Assembly (NCBI RefSeq): GCF_003334785.1
Contig: NZ_QOWV01000002.1
Direction: 5' to 3' (one strand)
DNA: 64,000 nucleotides
DNA from: Escherichia coli
GTDB taxonomy: Bacteria > Pseudomonadota > Gammaproteobacteria > Enterobacterales > Enterobacteriaceae
Shown here in pieces: positions 23,176-33,935 of this stretch. A program made the position numbers and the translations under genes. The notes beneath the pieces are model-generated. The model was not told the origin of the DNA. It ran no database searches and saw nothing but the letters and a program-made list of their open reading frames with translations. Each line of letters opens with the position of its first letter. The stretch's first letter is position 1.

Positions 23176-25029
23176 ATGAGACGATTTCTGACGACGCTGA
23201 TGATACTCCTGGTCGTGCTGGTGGCCGGGTTATCTGCGTTAGTGTTGCTGGTGAATCCGAATGATTTCCGCGACTATATGGTCAAGCAAGTTGCTGCACG
23301 TAGCGGTTATCAATTGCAGCTCGACGGGCCACTGCGTTGGCACGTCTGGCCGCAGCTTAGTATCCTCTCCGGGCGAATGTCTCTCACCGCCCAGGGCGCA
23401 AGCCAGCCACTGGTTCGCGCCGACAACATGCGTCTGGACGTGGCGCTTTTACCACTACTGAGTCATCAACTGAGCGTTAAGCAGGTGATGCTAAAAGGGG
23501 CAGTGATCCAACTGACGCCGCAGACGGAAGCGGTGCGCAGTGAAGACGCTCCGGTTGCACCGCGCGACAATACCTTGCCGGATCTGTCAGACGATCGCGG
23601 ATGGTCGTTTGATATATCCAGTCTTAAGGTGGCGGACAGCGTGCTGGTGTTCCAGCATGAAGATGACGAGCAGGTGACAATCCGCAATATTCGCCTGCAA
23701 ATGGAACAAGATCCCCAACATCGTGGTTCATTTGAGTTCTCCGGGCGGGTTAATCGCGATCAGCGCGATCTCACGATATCCCTTAACGGTACGGTAGATG
23801 CTTCTGATTATCCGCATGATTTAACGGCGGCTATTGAACAAATTAACTGGCAGTTGCAGGGTGCCGATTTACCAAAACAAGGTATTCAGGGGCAGGGGAG
23901 TTTCCAGGCCCAGTGGCAGGAGTCACATAAACGCCTTTCATTTAACCAAATTAGTTTGACCGCCAATGATAGTACGCTAAGCGGGCAAGCACAGGTTACG
24001 CTGACAGAGAAACCGGAATGGCAGCTGAGGCTGCAATTCCCGCAACTGAATCTTGACAACCTCATCCCGCTTAATGAAACCGCGAATGGTGAAAACGGTG
24101 CCGCGCAGCAGGGGCAGAGCCAATCAACGTTGCCGCGCCCGGTCATTTCTTCGCGTATTGATGAACCGGCCTATCAGGGACTGCAAGGCTTTACGGCTGA
24201 TATTTTGTTGCAGGCCAGTAACGTGCGCTGGCGCGGAATGAATTTTACAGATGTTGCCACGCAAATGACCAACAAGTCGGGTTTGCTGGAAATTACTCAA
24301 CTGCAGGGCAAACTTAACGGTGGACAGGTTTCACTGCCGGGCACGCTGGACGCGACATCAATTAATCCGCGGATAAACTTCCAGCCACGGCTGGAAAACG
24401 TTGAGATTGGTACCATTCTGAAGGCGTTTAACTATCCGATTTCGTTGACCGGAAAAATGTCACTGGCTGGTGATTTCTCCGGTGCTGACATAGATGCCGA
24501 CGCATTCCGCCACAACTGGCAAGGACAGGCACATGTCGAAATGACCGACACGCGCATGGAAGGGATGAACTTCCAGCAGATGATTCAGCAAGCGGTAGAG
24601 CGTAATGGCGGTGATGTGAAGGCCGCTGAAAACTTTGATAACGTGACGCGGCTTGACCGCTTTACCACCGATTTGACGTTGAAGGATGGCGTCGTGACGT
24701 TAAACGACATGCAAGGTCAATCGCCTGTGCTGGCGCTGACAGGGGAAGGCATGTTGAATCTGGCAGATCAAACCTGCGACACCCAGTTTGATATTCGGGT
24801 CGTGGGTGGCTGGAACGGGGAAAGCAAACTGATTGATTTCCTGAAAGAAACGCCAGTACCGCTGCGGGTTTATGGCAACTGGCAGCAACTCAATTACAGC
24901 CTGCAAGTGGATCAGTTACTGCGCAAACATCTACAGGACGAAGCGAAACGTCGCCTGAATGACTGGGCCGAGCGGAATAAAGATTCCCGTAATGGCAAAG
25001 ATGTGAAGAAGTTGCTGGAGAAGATGTAG
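23176..25029 (+). CDS. asmA: Outer membrane assembly protein AsmA
   Basis: 617 aa with N-terminal signal anchor; K-12 synteny after dcd. Confidence 0.9.
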   Translation: MRRFLTTLMILLVVLVAGLSALVLLVNPNDFRDYMVKQVAARSGYQLQLDGPLRWHVWPQLSILSGRMSLTAQGASQPLVRADNMRLDVALLPLLSHQLSVKQVMLKGAVIQLTPQTEAVRSEDAPVAPRDNTLPDLSDDRGWSFDISSLKVADSVLVFQHEDDEQVTIRNIRLQMEQDPQHRGSFEFSGRVNRDQRDLTISLNGTVDASDYPHDLTAAIEQINWQLQGADLPKQGIQGQGSFQAQWQESHKRLSFNQISLTANDSTLSGQAQVTLTEKPEWQLRLQFPQLNLDNLIPLNETANGENGAAQQGQSQSTLPRPVISSRIDEPAYQGLQGFTADILLQASNVRWRGMNFTDVATQMTNKSGLLEITQLQGKLNGGQVSLPGTLDATSINPRINFQPRLENVEIGTILKAFNYPISLTGKMSLAGDFSGADIDADAFRHNWQGQAHVEMTDTRMEGMNFQQMIQQAVERNGGDVKAAENFDNVTRLDRFTTDLTLKDGVVTLNDMQGQSPVLALTGEGMLNLADQTCDTQFDIRVVGGWNGESKLIDFLKETPVPLRVYGNWQQLNYSLQVDQLLRKHLQDEAKRRLNDWAERNKDSRNGKDVKKLLEKM

Positions 25030-25047
25030 GTTACCAGGTGACCAGTC

Positions 25048-25088
25048 CTGTAGGCCTGATAAGACGCGTAAAGCGTCGCATCAGGCGT
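25048..25088. repeat. REP element
   Basis: cctgtaggcctgataagacgcgtaaagcgtcgcatcaggcg. Confidence 0.8.
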
Positions 25089-25302
25089 TCGTGGCGGCAT
25101 CATTATATTCTGAATATGTAAGATCGAAGGCTGTTCCGTTCACTTGATGTTCCTCGCTACTATGGAACGCTCAAGCCGGTGAACGTGCCAGGGTGGCTCA
25201 ATCTCCACCACCCTGGCAACCCGGGCTCCCGGCGGTAAATCGCCGATGGCGCGGTTCCCTCATCTTATTCCTTTCGGCTATTGGGTAAAATGACCGATAC
25301 CA

Positions 25303-26886
25303 TCACACCTCGTACTCCATCTCGCCATCCTTACGCAGCGGTATAATCTGCACCTTCTGCACGCGATGGCTTTCTACCTGCAACGTTTTAAGCAAATAAT
25401 CCCCCACCTGAACTTCTTCGCCAGGTTTTGGAATACGCTGCAAATACTCCATCAACAGCCCGGCAATGGTGTGATATTCACGTTTTTCATCCAGCGGCAG
25501 CGGCACATATTGCACCAGATCCTCCAGCGGCATATGACCATTCGCCGTCCAGGAACCGTCCGCATTCTTCTGAATATCATGGCGGGCGTCGATCTCTTCC
25601 ACTTCGTTCGGTAAGTTACCGGCAATGGTTTCAGTGACGTCACTTAATGTCACAATCCCTTCCACCGAGCCAAACTCATCCACCACAAAAGCAAAGTGCG
25701 TGCGGGCATTACGGAACTGCTCCAGGGCAGGTAACAACGGCAAGGTTTCCGGGAACACCAGCGGCTGGCGAATCAACACCCGCAGGTTGAGCGGTTCGCC
25801 GCGCAGAGACTGTTGTAGCAGGTCGATAACGTGAACAACACCGAGCAAATCTTCTGCGTCATCACCGTCGGTAACCACCAGCCGCGTATGCTGATTTCGC
25901 TCCAGCAACTGGCGGATTTCTTCTTCCGGCGCGTTGAGATCGATATGCTCAATATCGTGGCGCGACGTCATAATGCTGCTGACGGTACGCTGGTTAAGAT
26001 TAAGTACCCGCTCAATCATCCGCCGTTCCTGCGGATTAAAGATCTGCTGGTTACCATGATCCACCAGCATGGACGCGGTTTCGGCGTCCAGTTCCGCATC
26101 TTCTTTTTGCCCGCTAAGCAGGCGCATTACCGCTTCGGTAGTCCGCTGGCGCAGCGTCTGGTTAGCGGAAAGAAAACGTCGCCGGTTAAAGATAGCCAAC
26201 TGATTGAGCGCCTCGATCATCACCGAGAAACCAATGGCAGCGTACAGGTAGCCTTTCGGAATGACGAAGCCGAAACCTTCTGCCACCAGGCTAAAGCCAA
26301 TCATCAACAGGAAGCTTAAGCAGAGAATAACGATCGTCGGGTGACTGTTAACAAATTGCGTTAACGGCTTGCTGGCCATCAACATCAGGCTGATAGCGAT
26401 AACCACGGCGGCCATCATGACCAGTAAATGGTCGACCATCCCGACGGCGGTAATCACTGAGTCGAGTGAGAAAATGGCGTCCAGTACCACAATTTGCGTC
26501 ACCACGCCCCAGAACTTCGCACCTTTGCGTTGTGTGGGATTATTGCTGTCTTTCCCTTCCAGCCGTTCGTTCAGCTCCATCGTGGCTTTGAACAACAGGA
26601 AGAAACCACCAAACAGCATGATTAAGTCGCGGGCGCTAAAGGTAAACGAGCGGAAGCTGAACAGCGGTTGAGTCAGGGTGACCAGCCAGGAGATTGACGC
26701 CAGCAGTAACAGGCGCATTAACATCGCCAGCAGCAGCCCGGTAACCCGTGCGCGGTCGCGCTGCTTCGGCGGTAGTTTTTCGGCGAGGATGGCAATAAAG
26801 ACCAGGTTATCAATGCCGAGGACCAGTTCGATCACAATCAGCGTGATTAACCCGGCCCAGATAGACGGATCGGCAATCCATTCCAT
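25303..26886 (-). CDS. yegH: TerC-family inner membrane protein with CBS and CorC_HlyC domains
   Basis: ORF track 25303..26952 trimmed to the ATG at 26886 ([18 protein letters not shown]); 527 aa. Confidence 0.85.
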   Translation of the reverse strand: MEWIADPSIWAGLITLIVIELVLGIDNLVFIAILAEKLPPKQRDRARVTGLLLAMLMRLLLLASISWLVTLTQPLFSFRSFTFSARDLIMLFGGFFLLFKATMELNERLEGKDSNNPTQRKGAKFWGVVTQIVVLDAIFSLDSVITAVGMVDHLLVMMAAVVIAISLMLMASKPLTQFVNSHPTIVILCLSFLLMIGFSLVAEGFGFVIPKGYLYAAIGFSVMIEALNQLAIFNRRRFLSANQTLRQRTTEAVMRLLSGQKEDAELDAETASMLVDHGNQQIFNPQERRMIERVLNLNQRTVSSIMTSRHDIEHIDLNAPEEEIRQLLERNQHTRLVVTDGDDAEDLLGVVHVIDLLQQSLRGEPLNLRVLIRQPLVFPETLPLLPALEQFRNARTHFAFVVDEFGSVEGIVTLSDVTETIAGNLPNEVEEIDARHDIQKNADGSWTANGHMPLEDLVQYVPLPLDEKREYHTIAGLLMEYLQRIPKPGEEVQVGDYLLKTLQVESHRVQKVQIIPLRKDGEMEYEV

Positions 26887-27333
26887 AGTAAGTACAAAAC
26901 CTATTCGTTGTATGACAAATGTCACAATTCGATCATGGATAAATCGGGGCAAAAATGCAATGTTGCAGCACTATTTATCTCATATTATTTGAGGGTAATA
27001 ACCTCACATTATCCCTGAATTAAAAGTGGTAATAATAAAACATTATTTAAGAAATATCGCATGTGGAGGCGCAATATTAAATATTGTCAACCTAAAGAAA
27101 CTCCTAAAAACCATATTGAATGACACTTAATATAATTCTTAAAAATAGCCAATTACCGAATTGTTATCTTGCCTGCTATTCCGTTAGCTGTAACACTTCC
27201 TCCTGCATTATTGGAAAGCCAATATTCAATTACCATAATGTCACCTTATATTCGGAAGTTAATTTCCGTAATAACCCTTTCTCATCAACGACTGCATGCT
27301 GAGAGGGTGTGAAAAATTAAACTAAATCAGTGT

Positions 27334-27372
27334 ATTGGTAGCTAAAAAGCCAGGGGCGGTAGCGTGTCTGGA
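27334..27372 (+). promoter_or_regulatory. JUMPstart element with ops (GGCGGTAGCGTG at 27355-27366), RfaH-dependent antitermination site
   Basis: agccaggggcggtagcgtg motif about 190 bp upstream of wza; the same motif recurs at 51845-51864. Confidence 0.8.
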
Positions 27373-27544
27373 TGCCTGAAAGACCAGTCTGAATTATTCT
27401 GTCAATAGCCTGCGGATGAAATCAATTTTTTTAGGACTGATGCCAGTTAAATTTTTATTCAATTAACTGCAAGGTAAATGTGCATGGCGACATTGCTATT
27501 AATAGTGCACAGGATAATTACTCTGCCAAAGTGATAAATAAACA

Positions 27545-28684
27545 ATGATGAAATCCAAAATGAAATTGATGCCATTATTGGTGTCAGTAACCTTGATAAG
27601 CGGTTGCACAGTACTTCCGGGCAGCAATATGTCGACGATGGGCAAAGACGTCATCAAACAGCAGGACGCTGATTTCGATCTCGACAAAATGGTGAATGTT
27701 TATCCGCTGACCCCGCGCCTGATTGACCAATTACGCCCACGCCCGAATGTAGCGCGCCCCAATATGACGCTGGAAAGTGAGATCGCGAATTACCAGTATC
27801 GCGTCGGGCCGGGGGACGTTCTTAATGTCACCGTCTGGGATCACCCGGAACTCACCACGCCAGCCGGTCAGTACCGCAGCTCCAGCGACACCGGCAACTG
27901 GGTACAGCCTGACGGCACTATGTTTTACCCGTATATCGGCAAGGTCCACGTAGTCGGGAAAACGCTCGCTGAAATCCGCAGTGATATTACCGGGCGCTTA
28001 GCGACGTACATCGCTGACCCGCAGGTGGACGTTAATATCGCCGCCTTCCGCTCACAAAAGGCCTATATCTCCGGTCAGGTGAATAAATCCGGTCAACAGG
28101 CGATCACCAACGTGCCACTGACTATTCTCGACGCCATCAACGCCGCAGGTGGCCTGACCGACACCGCTGACTGGCGCAACGTGGTGCTAACACACAATGG
28201 TCGTGAAGAGCGCATTTCTTTGCAGGCGCTGATGCAAAACGGCGACCTCAACCAGAATCGCCTGCTTTACCCCGGCGATATTCTCTACGTGCCACGTAAT
28301 GATGATCTGAAAGTATTTGTGATGGGTGAAGTGAAGAAACAGAGCACCCTGAAAATGGACTTTAGCGGCATGACCCTGACTGAAGCCCTGGGCAATGCTG
28401 AAGGCATCGACATGACCACCTCCAACGCCAGCGGCATCTTTGTCATTCGTCCGCTGAAAGGCGAGGGCGGGCGTAACGGCAAGATTGCCAATATCTACCA
28501 GCTGGATATGTCCGATGCCACGTCGCTGGTGATGGCGACAGAATTCCGCCTGCAACCTTATGACGTGGTGTATGTCACCACCGCCCCGGTTTCCCGCTGG
28601 AACCGTCTGATCAATCAGTTGCTGCCAACTATTAGCGGTGTCCGTTACATGACGGATACAGCCAGCGACATTCATAACTGGTAA
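27545..28684 (+). CDS. wza: Outer membrane polysaccharide export lipoprotein Wza
   Basis: 379 aa; lipoprotein signal (LISGC). Confidence 0.95.
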   Translation: MMKSKMKLMPLLVSVTLISGCTVLPGSNMSTMGKDVIKQQDADFDLDKMVNVYPLTPRLIDQLRPRPNVARPNMTLESEIANYQYRVGPGDVLNVTVWDHPELTTPAGQYRSSSDTGNWVQPDGTMFYPYIGKVHVVGKTLAEIRSDITGRLATYIADPQVDVNIAAFRSQKAYISGQVNKSGQQAITNVPLTILDAINAAGGLTDTADWRNVVLTHNGREERISLQALMQNGDLNQNRLLYPGDILYVPRNDDLKVFVMGEVKKQSTLKMDFSGMTLTEALGNAEGIDMTTSNASGIFVIRPLKGEGGRNGKIANIYQLDMSDATSLVMATEFRLQPYDVVYVTTAPVSRWNRLINQLLPTISGVRYMTDTASDIHNW

Positions 28685-28689
28685 TCGTC

Positions 28690-29133
28690 ATGTTTAACAA
28701 CATCTTAGTTGTCTGTGTCGGCAATATTTGCCGTTCCCCGACGGCGGAACGCTTACTGCAACGTTATCACCCGGAGCTGAAAGTGGAGTCCGCTGGACTC
28801 GGCGCGCTGGTCGGTAAGGGCGCTGATCCTACCGCTATCAGCGTCGCCGCAGAACATCAACTGTCTCTGGAAGGTCACTGTGCCCGTCAAATCAGCCGCC
28901 GTCTGTGTCGCAACTACGACCTGATTTTGACCATGGAAAAGCGCCATATCGAACGCTTATGCGAGATGGCACCGGAGATGCGCGGCAAAGTGATGCTGTT
29001 TGGTCACTGGGATAACGAATGTGAAATCCCCGATCCGTATCGCAAAAGCCGGGAAACGTTTGCAGCGGTGTACACATTACTTGAACGGTCTGCCCGCCAG
29101 TGGGCGCAGGCATTGAACGCAGAGCAGGTATAA
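28690..29133 (+). CDS. wzb: Low molecular weight protein-tyrosine phosphatase Wzb
   Basis: 147 aa; CVGNICRSP active-site motif. Confidence 0.95.
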   Translation: MFNNILVVCVGNICRSPTAERLLQRYHPELKVESAGLGALVGKGADPTAISVAAEHQLSLEGHCARQISRRLCRNYDLILTMEKRHIERLCEMAPEMRGKVMLFGHWDNECEIPDPYRKSRETFAAVYTLLERSARQWAQALNAEQV

Positions 29134-29135
29134 GA

Positions 29136-31298
29136 ATGACAGAAAAAGTAAAACAACATGCCGCTCCGGTAACGGGCAGTGATGAAATCGATATTGGTCG
29201 CCTGGTCGGCACCGTCATTGAAGCGCGCTGGTGGGTGATTGGCATCACCGCTGTATTTGCCCTCTGTGCCGTGGTTTACACCTTCTTCGCCACGCCGATT
29301 TATAGTGCCGACGCACTGGTACAAATCGAGCAAAACAGCGGCAATTCGTTAGTGCAGGACATTGGTTCGGCATTAGCCAACAAACCGCCTGCATCGGACG
29401 CCGAGATCCAGTTGATTCGTTCGCGTCTGGTGCTTGGTAAAACGGTGGACGATCTCGACCTCGATATTGCGGTGAGCAAAAACACGTTCCCGATTTTCGG
29501 TGCGGGCTGGGATCGTTTGATGGGACGTCAGAACGAGACGGTGAAAGTGACCACCTTTAACCGCCCGAAAGAGATGGCGGATCAGGTGTTTACGCTTAAT
29601 GTGCTGGACGATAAAAACTACACCCTGAGCAGTGATGGCGGCTTTAGCGCCCGTGGACAAGCGGGCCAGATGCTGAAAAAAGAAGGCGTCACGCTGATGG
29701 TTGAAGCCATTCACGCCCGCCCGGGCAGTGAGTTTACCGTCACCAAATACTCCACGCTGGGGATGATCAATCAACTGCAAAACAGCCTGACGGTAACGGA
29801 GAACGGCAAAGACGCAGGCGTACTGAGCCTGACTTATACCGGTGAAGATCGCGAACAGATCCGCGACATTCTTAATAGCATCGCCCGTAACTATCAGGAA
29901 CAAAATATTGAGCGCAAATCGGCGGAAGCGTCGAAAAGCCTCGCTTTCCTCGCGCAACAGTTACCGGAAGTACGTAGCCGCCTTGATGTTGCCGAAAACA
30001 AACTGAATGCCTTCCGTCAGGATAAAGATTCTGTTGATCTGCCGCTGGAAGCGAAAGCGGTGCTCGATTCGATGGTGAACATCGACGCGCAGTTGAACGA
30101 ACTGACCTTTAAAGAGGCGGAAATCTCCAAGCTGTACACCAAAGTTCACCCGGCGTACCGCACGCTGCTGGAGAAACGTCAGGCGCTGGAAGACGAAAAA
30201 GCCAAACTTAACGGTCGCGTAACGGCGATGCCGAAAACCCAGCAGGAGATTGTCCGTCTGACCCGCGATGTCGAGTCTGGTCAGCAGGTCTATATGCAAC
30301 TGCTGAATAAAGAGCAGGAGCTGAAAATCACCGAAGCCAGCACCGTCGGCGATGTGCGCATTGTTGACCCGGCAATCACTCAGCCTGGTGTGCTAAAACC
30401 GAAGAAAGGGCTGATTATCCTTGGGGCGATTATTCTTGGCCTGATGCTCTCTATCGTGGGTGTGCTGCTGCGCTCGTTGTTTAATCGCGGCATCGAAAGC
30501 CCGCAGGTGCTGGAAGAACACGGTATCAGCGTCTATGCCAGCATCCCGTTGTCGGAATGGCAGAAAGCGCGCGATAGCGTCAAAACCATCAAAGGGATTA
30601 AACGCTATAAACAGAGCCAGCTACTGGCGGTGGGGAATCCAACCGATCTGGCGATTGAAGCCATCCGCAGTCTGCGTACCAGTCTGCACTTCGCGATGAT
30701 GCAGGCGCAGAACAATGTGTTGATGATGACCGGGGTTAGCCCGTCAATCGGTAAAACCTTTGTCTGCGCCAACCTGGCGGCGGTGATCAGCCAGACCAAT
30801 AAACGCGTGTTGTTGATCGACTGCGATATGCGCAAAGGCTACACCCACGAGCTGTTGGGCACCAATAACGTCAATGGCCTGTCGGAAATTCTGATTGGTC
30901 AGGGCGATATTACTACCGCAGCTAAACCGACCTCTATTGCCAAATTTGACCTGATCCCGCGCGGTCAGGTGCCGCCAAATCCTTCTGAACTGTTGATGAG
31001 CGAACGCTTTGCCGAACTGGTGAACTGGGCGAGTAAAAACTATGACCTGGTGTTGATTGATACGCCGCCGATTCTGGCAGTGACCGATGCGGCAATTGTT
31101 GGTCGTCATGTCGGAACCACATTAATGGTGGCGCGTTATGCGGTCAACACATTGAAAGAAGTGGAAACCAGTCTGAGCCGCTTTGAGCAAAACGGTATTC
31201 CGGTGAAAGGGGTGATTCTGAACTCCATCTTCCGCCGCGCCAGCGCGTATCAGGATTATGGCTATTACGAATACGAATATAAGTCGGATGCGAAATAA
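29136..31298 (+). CDS. wzc: Tyrosine autokinase Wzc
   Basis: ORF track start 29100 trimmed to the ATG at 29136 (MTEKVKQHAAP); 720 aa; Walker A (SPSIGKT) and C-terminal Tyr-rich tail YQDYGYYEYEYKSD. Confidence 0.9.
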   Translation: MTEKVKQHAAPVTGSDEIDIGRLVGTVIEARWWVIGITAVFALCAVVYTFFATPIYSADALVQIEQNSGNSLVQDIGSALANKPPASDAEIQLIRSRLVLGKTVDDLDLDIAVSKNTFPIFGAGWDRLMGRQNETVKVTTFNRPKEMADQVFTLNVLDDKNYTLSSDGGFSARGQAGQMLKKEGVTLMVEAIHARPGSEFTVTKYSTLGMINQLQNSLTVTENGKDAGVLSLTYTGEDREQIRDILNSIARNYQEQNIERKSAEASKSLAFLAQQLPEVRSRLDVAENKLNAFRQDKDSVDLPLEAKAVLDSMVNIDAQLNELTFKEAEISKLYTKVHPAYRTLLEKRQALEDEKAKLNGRVTAMPKTQQEIVRLTRDVESGQQVYMQLLNKEQELKITEASTVGDVRIVDPAITQPGVLKPKKGLIILGAIILGLMLSIVGVLLRSLFNRGIESPQVLEEHGISVYASIPLSEWQKARDSVKTIKGIKRYKQSQLLAVGNPTDLAIEAIRSLRTSLHFAMMQAQNNVLMMTGVSPSIGKTFVCANLAAVISQTNKRVLLIDCDMRKGYTHELLGTNNVNGLSEILIGQGDITTAAKPTSIAKFDLIPRGQVPPNPSELLMSERFAELVNWASKNYDLVLIDTPPILAVTDAAIVGRHVGTTLMVARYAVNTLKEVETSLSRFEQNGIPVKGVILNSIFRRASAYQDYGYYEYEYKSDAK

Positions 31299-31299
31299 C

Positions 31300-31360
31300 G
31301 ACGCCTGCATTCGCACCGCCCCGTAGGCCGGATAAGGCGTTCACGCCGCATCCGGCAAGC
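31300..31360. repeat. REP element
   Basis: gccggataaggcgttcacgccgcatccggc palindrome. Confidence 0.75.
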
Positions 31361-31390
31361 AAACCAGCTCATAAGCCGGGAGAACAACCT

Positions 31391-32230
31391 ATGAAAGACA
31401 ATCCGCTGATCTCAATCTATATGCCGACCTGGAACCGCCAACAACTGGCGATTCGGGCGATAAAATCGGTCCTGCGCCAGGACTACAGTAACTGGGAGAT
31501 GATCATCGTGGATGATTGCTCCACCTCCTGGGAACAACTGCAACAGTACGTCAGCGCCCTCAACGATCCGCGTATCACCTACATTCACAACGACATTAAC
31601 AGCGGGGCGTGCGCGGTACGTAACCAGGCGATTATGCTGGCGCAAGGGGAATACATTACCGGGATCGATGACGATGATGAATGGACGCCCAACCGTCTGA
31701 GCGTCTTCCTCGCCCATAAACAGCAACTGGTCACACACGCCTTTTTGTACGCTAACGACTACGTTTGCCAGGGCGAAGTCTATTCCCAACCGGCAAGCTT
31801 GCCGCTGTATCCCAAATCGCCGTATTCACGCCGCCTGTTCTACAAACGCAATATCATTGGCAATCAGGTCTTTACCTGGGCATGGCGTTTCAAAGATTGT
31901 TTGTTCGATACCGAACTAAAAGCGGCACAGGATTACGACATCTTCCTGCGGATGGTGGTGGAGTATGGCGAACCGTGGAAAGTGGAAGAGGCGACGCAGA
32001 TCCTGCATATCAATCACGGTGAAATGCAGATCACCTCGTCACCGAAAAAATTCTCCGGATACTTCCACTTTTACCGCAAGCACAAAGACAAATTTGACCG
32101 TGCCAGTAAAAAATATCAGCTGTTTACCCTCTACCAGATCCGCAATAAACGTATGACCTGGCGCACTTTGCTGACGCTGCTGTCGGTGCGTAACGGCAAA
32201 CGTCTGGCTGATGGTATTCGGGGGCGCTAA
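31391..32230 (+). CDS. wcaA: Colanic acid glycosyltransferase (GT2)
   Basis: 279 aa; cluster position. Confidence 0.9.
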   Translation: MKDNPLISIYMPTWNRQQLAIRAIKSVLRQDYSNWEMIIVDDCSTSWEQLQQYVSALNDPRITYIHNDINSGACAVRNQAIMLAQGEYITGIDDDDEWTPNRLSVFLAHKQQLVTHAFLYANDYVCQGEVYSQPASLPLYPKSPYSRRLFYKRNIIGNQVFTWAWRFKDCLFDTELKAAQDYDIFLRMVVEYGEPWKVEEATQILHINHGEMQITSSPKKFSGYFHFYRKHKDKFDRASKKYQLFTLYQIRNKRMTWRTLLTLLSVRNGKRLADGIRGR

Positions 32231-32232
32231 AG

Positions 32233-32721
32233 ATGCTGGAAGATCTGCGCGCCAACAGCTGGAGTTTACGTCCGTGCTGCATGGTTCTAGCGTATCGCGT
32301 CGCTCATTTTTGTTCGGTGTGGCGCAAAAAGAACGTCCTCAACAATATTTGGGCGGCCCCTCTGCTGGTGCTGTATCGCATTATCACCGAATGCTTTTTC
32401 GGTTATGAAATCCAGGCTGCCGCGACCATTGGCCGCCGCTTTACTATCCATCACGGTTACGCCGTAGTGATCAATAAAAACGTGGTGGCGGGGGATGATT
32501 TCACCATTCGCCACGGCGTCACTATCGGCAATCGTGGTGCCGATAACATGGCATGTCCACATATTGGCAACGGCGTCGAACTCGGTGCCAACGTTATTAT
32601 TCTTGGTGATATCACGCTTGGTAACAACGTCACCGTGGGTGCGGGCAGCGTGGTGCTCGACTCTGTCCCGGACAACGCGCTGGTGGTGGGAGAAAAAGCG
32701 CGAGTGAAGGTAATTAAATGA
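32233..32721 (+). CDS. wcaB: Colanic acid acetyltransferase (hexapeptide repeat)
   Basis: 162 aa. Confidence 0.9.
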   Translation: MLEDLRANSWSLRPCCMVLAYRVAHFCSVWRKKNVLNNIWAAPLLVLYRIITECFFGYEIQAAATIGRRFTIHHGYAVVINKNVVAGDDFTIRHGVTIGNRGADNMACPHIGNGVELGANVIILGDITLGNNVTVGAGSVVLDSVPDNALVVGEKARVKVIK

Positions 32722-33935
32722 ATATTTTGCAATTTAATGTGCGACTGGCGGAAGGCGGGGCAGCAGGTGTGGCGTTAGATCTCCACCAGCGTGCGCTGCA
32801 ACAGGGGCTAGCGTCACATTTTGTCTACGGTTACGGCAAAGGCGGCAAAGAGAGCGTCAGCCATCAAAACTATCCGCAGGTCATCAAACATACGCCGCGG
32901 ATGACTGCAATGGCGAATATTGTCCTGTTTCGTCTGTTTAATCGCGATCTGTTTGGCAATTTCAATGAGTTATATCGCACCATTACTCGTACACCGGGTC
33001 CGGTGGTCCTGCATTTTCATGTGCTGCACAGCTACTGGCTAAATCTTAAGAGCGTGGTGCGCTTTTGCGAAAAGGTGAAAAACCATAAACCGGACGTCAC
33101 TCTGGTCTGGACGCTGCACGACCACTGGAGCGTTACCGGACGCTGCGCCTTTACCGACGGTTGTGAAGGCTGGAAAACGGGCTGCCAGAAATGCCCGACC
33201 TTAAATAACTATCCGCCGGTGAAGATTGATCGGGCGCACCAGCTGGTGGCGGGCAAACGCCAGTTATTCCGTGAGATGCTGGCGCTGGGCTGTCAGTTTA
33301 TTTCCCCCAGCCAGCATGTGGCTGACGCTTTCAATAGCCTGTACGGTCCAGGGCGTTGCCGGATTATCAATAATGGTATTGATATGGCAACCGAAGCGAT
33401 TCTGGCGGATCTGCCTCCGGTGCGCGAAACCCAGGGCAAGCCGAAAATCGCTGTGGTGGCGCATGACCTGCGTTACGACGGCAAGACTAACCAGCAACTG
33501 GTGCGTGAGATGATGGCGCTGGGCGACAAAATTGAACTGCATACCTTTGGTAAGTTCTCGCCGTTCACCGCTGGCAACGTGGTTAATCACGGCTTTGAAA
33601 CTGACAAGCGCAAGTTGATGAGCGCGCTCAATCAGATGGATGCGCTGGTGTTCAGTTCTCGCGTCGATAACTACCCGCTGATTTTGTGTGAGGCGCTATC
33701 GATTGGCGTGCCGGTGATTGCCACCCATAGCGACGCGGCGCGGGAAGTGTTGCAAAAATCCGGCGGTAAAACCGTCAGCGAAGAAGAGGTGCTGCAACTG
33801 GTGCAATTAAGCAAACCGGAAATCGCGCAGGCGATATTTGGTACCACGCTGGCTGAGTTCAGCAAACGCAGCCGTGCCGCTTACAGTGGACAACAGATGC
33901 TGGAGGAGTATGTCAACTTCTATCAGAATCTGTAG
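32718..33935 (+). CDS. wcaC: Colanic acid glycosyltransferase
   Basis: 405 aa. Confidence 0.9.
   Translation: MNILQFNVRLAEGGAAGVALDLHQRALQQGLASHFVYGYGKGGKESVSHQNYPQVIKHTPRMTAMANIVLFRLFNRDLFGNFNELYRTITRTPGPVVLHFHVLHSYWLNLKSVVRFCEKVKNHKPDVTLVWTLHDHWSVTGRCAFTDGCEGWKTGCQKCPTLNNYPPVKIDRAHQLVAGKRQLFREMLALGCQFISPSQHVADAFNSLYGPGRCRIINNGIDMATEAILADLPPVRETQGKPKIAVVAHDLRYDGKTNQQLVREMMALGDKIELHTFGKFSPFTAGNVVNHGFETDKRKLMSALNQMDALVFSSRVDNYPLILCEALSIGVPVIATHSDAAREVLQKSGGKTVSEEEVLQLVQLSKPEIAQAIFGTTLAEFSKRSRAAYSGQQMLEEYVNFYQNL

Noticed and set aside
27120-27302. 60-aa ORF in the AT-rich wza upstream region
   Set aside because: No RBS, low-complexity AT-rich translation, and located in the cps promoter/leader region
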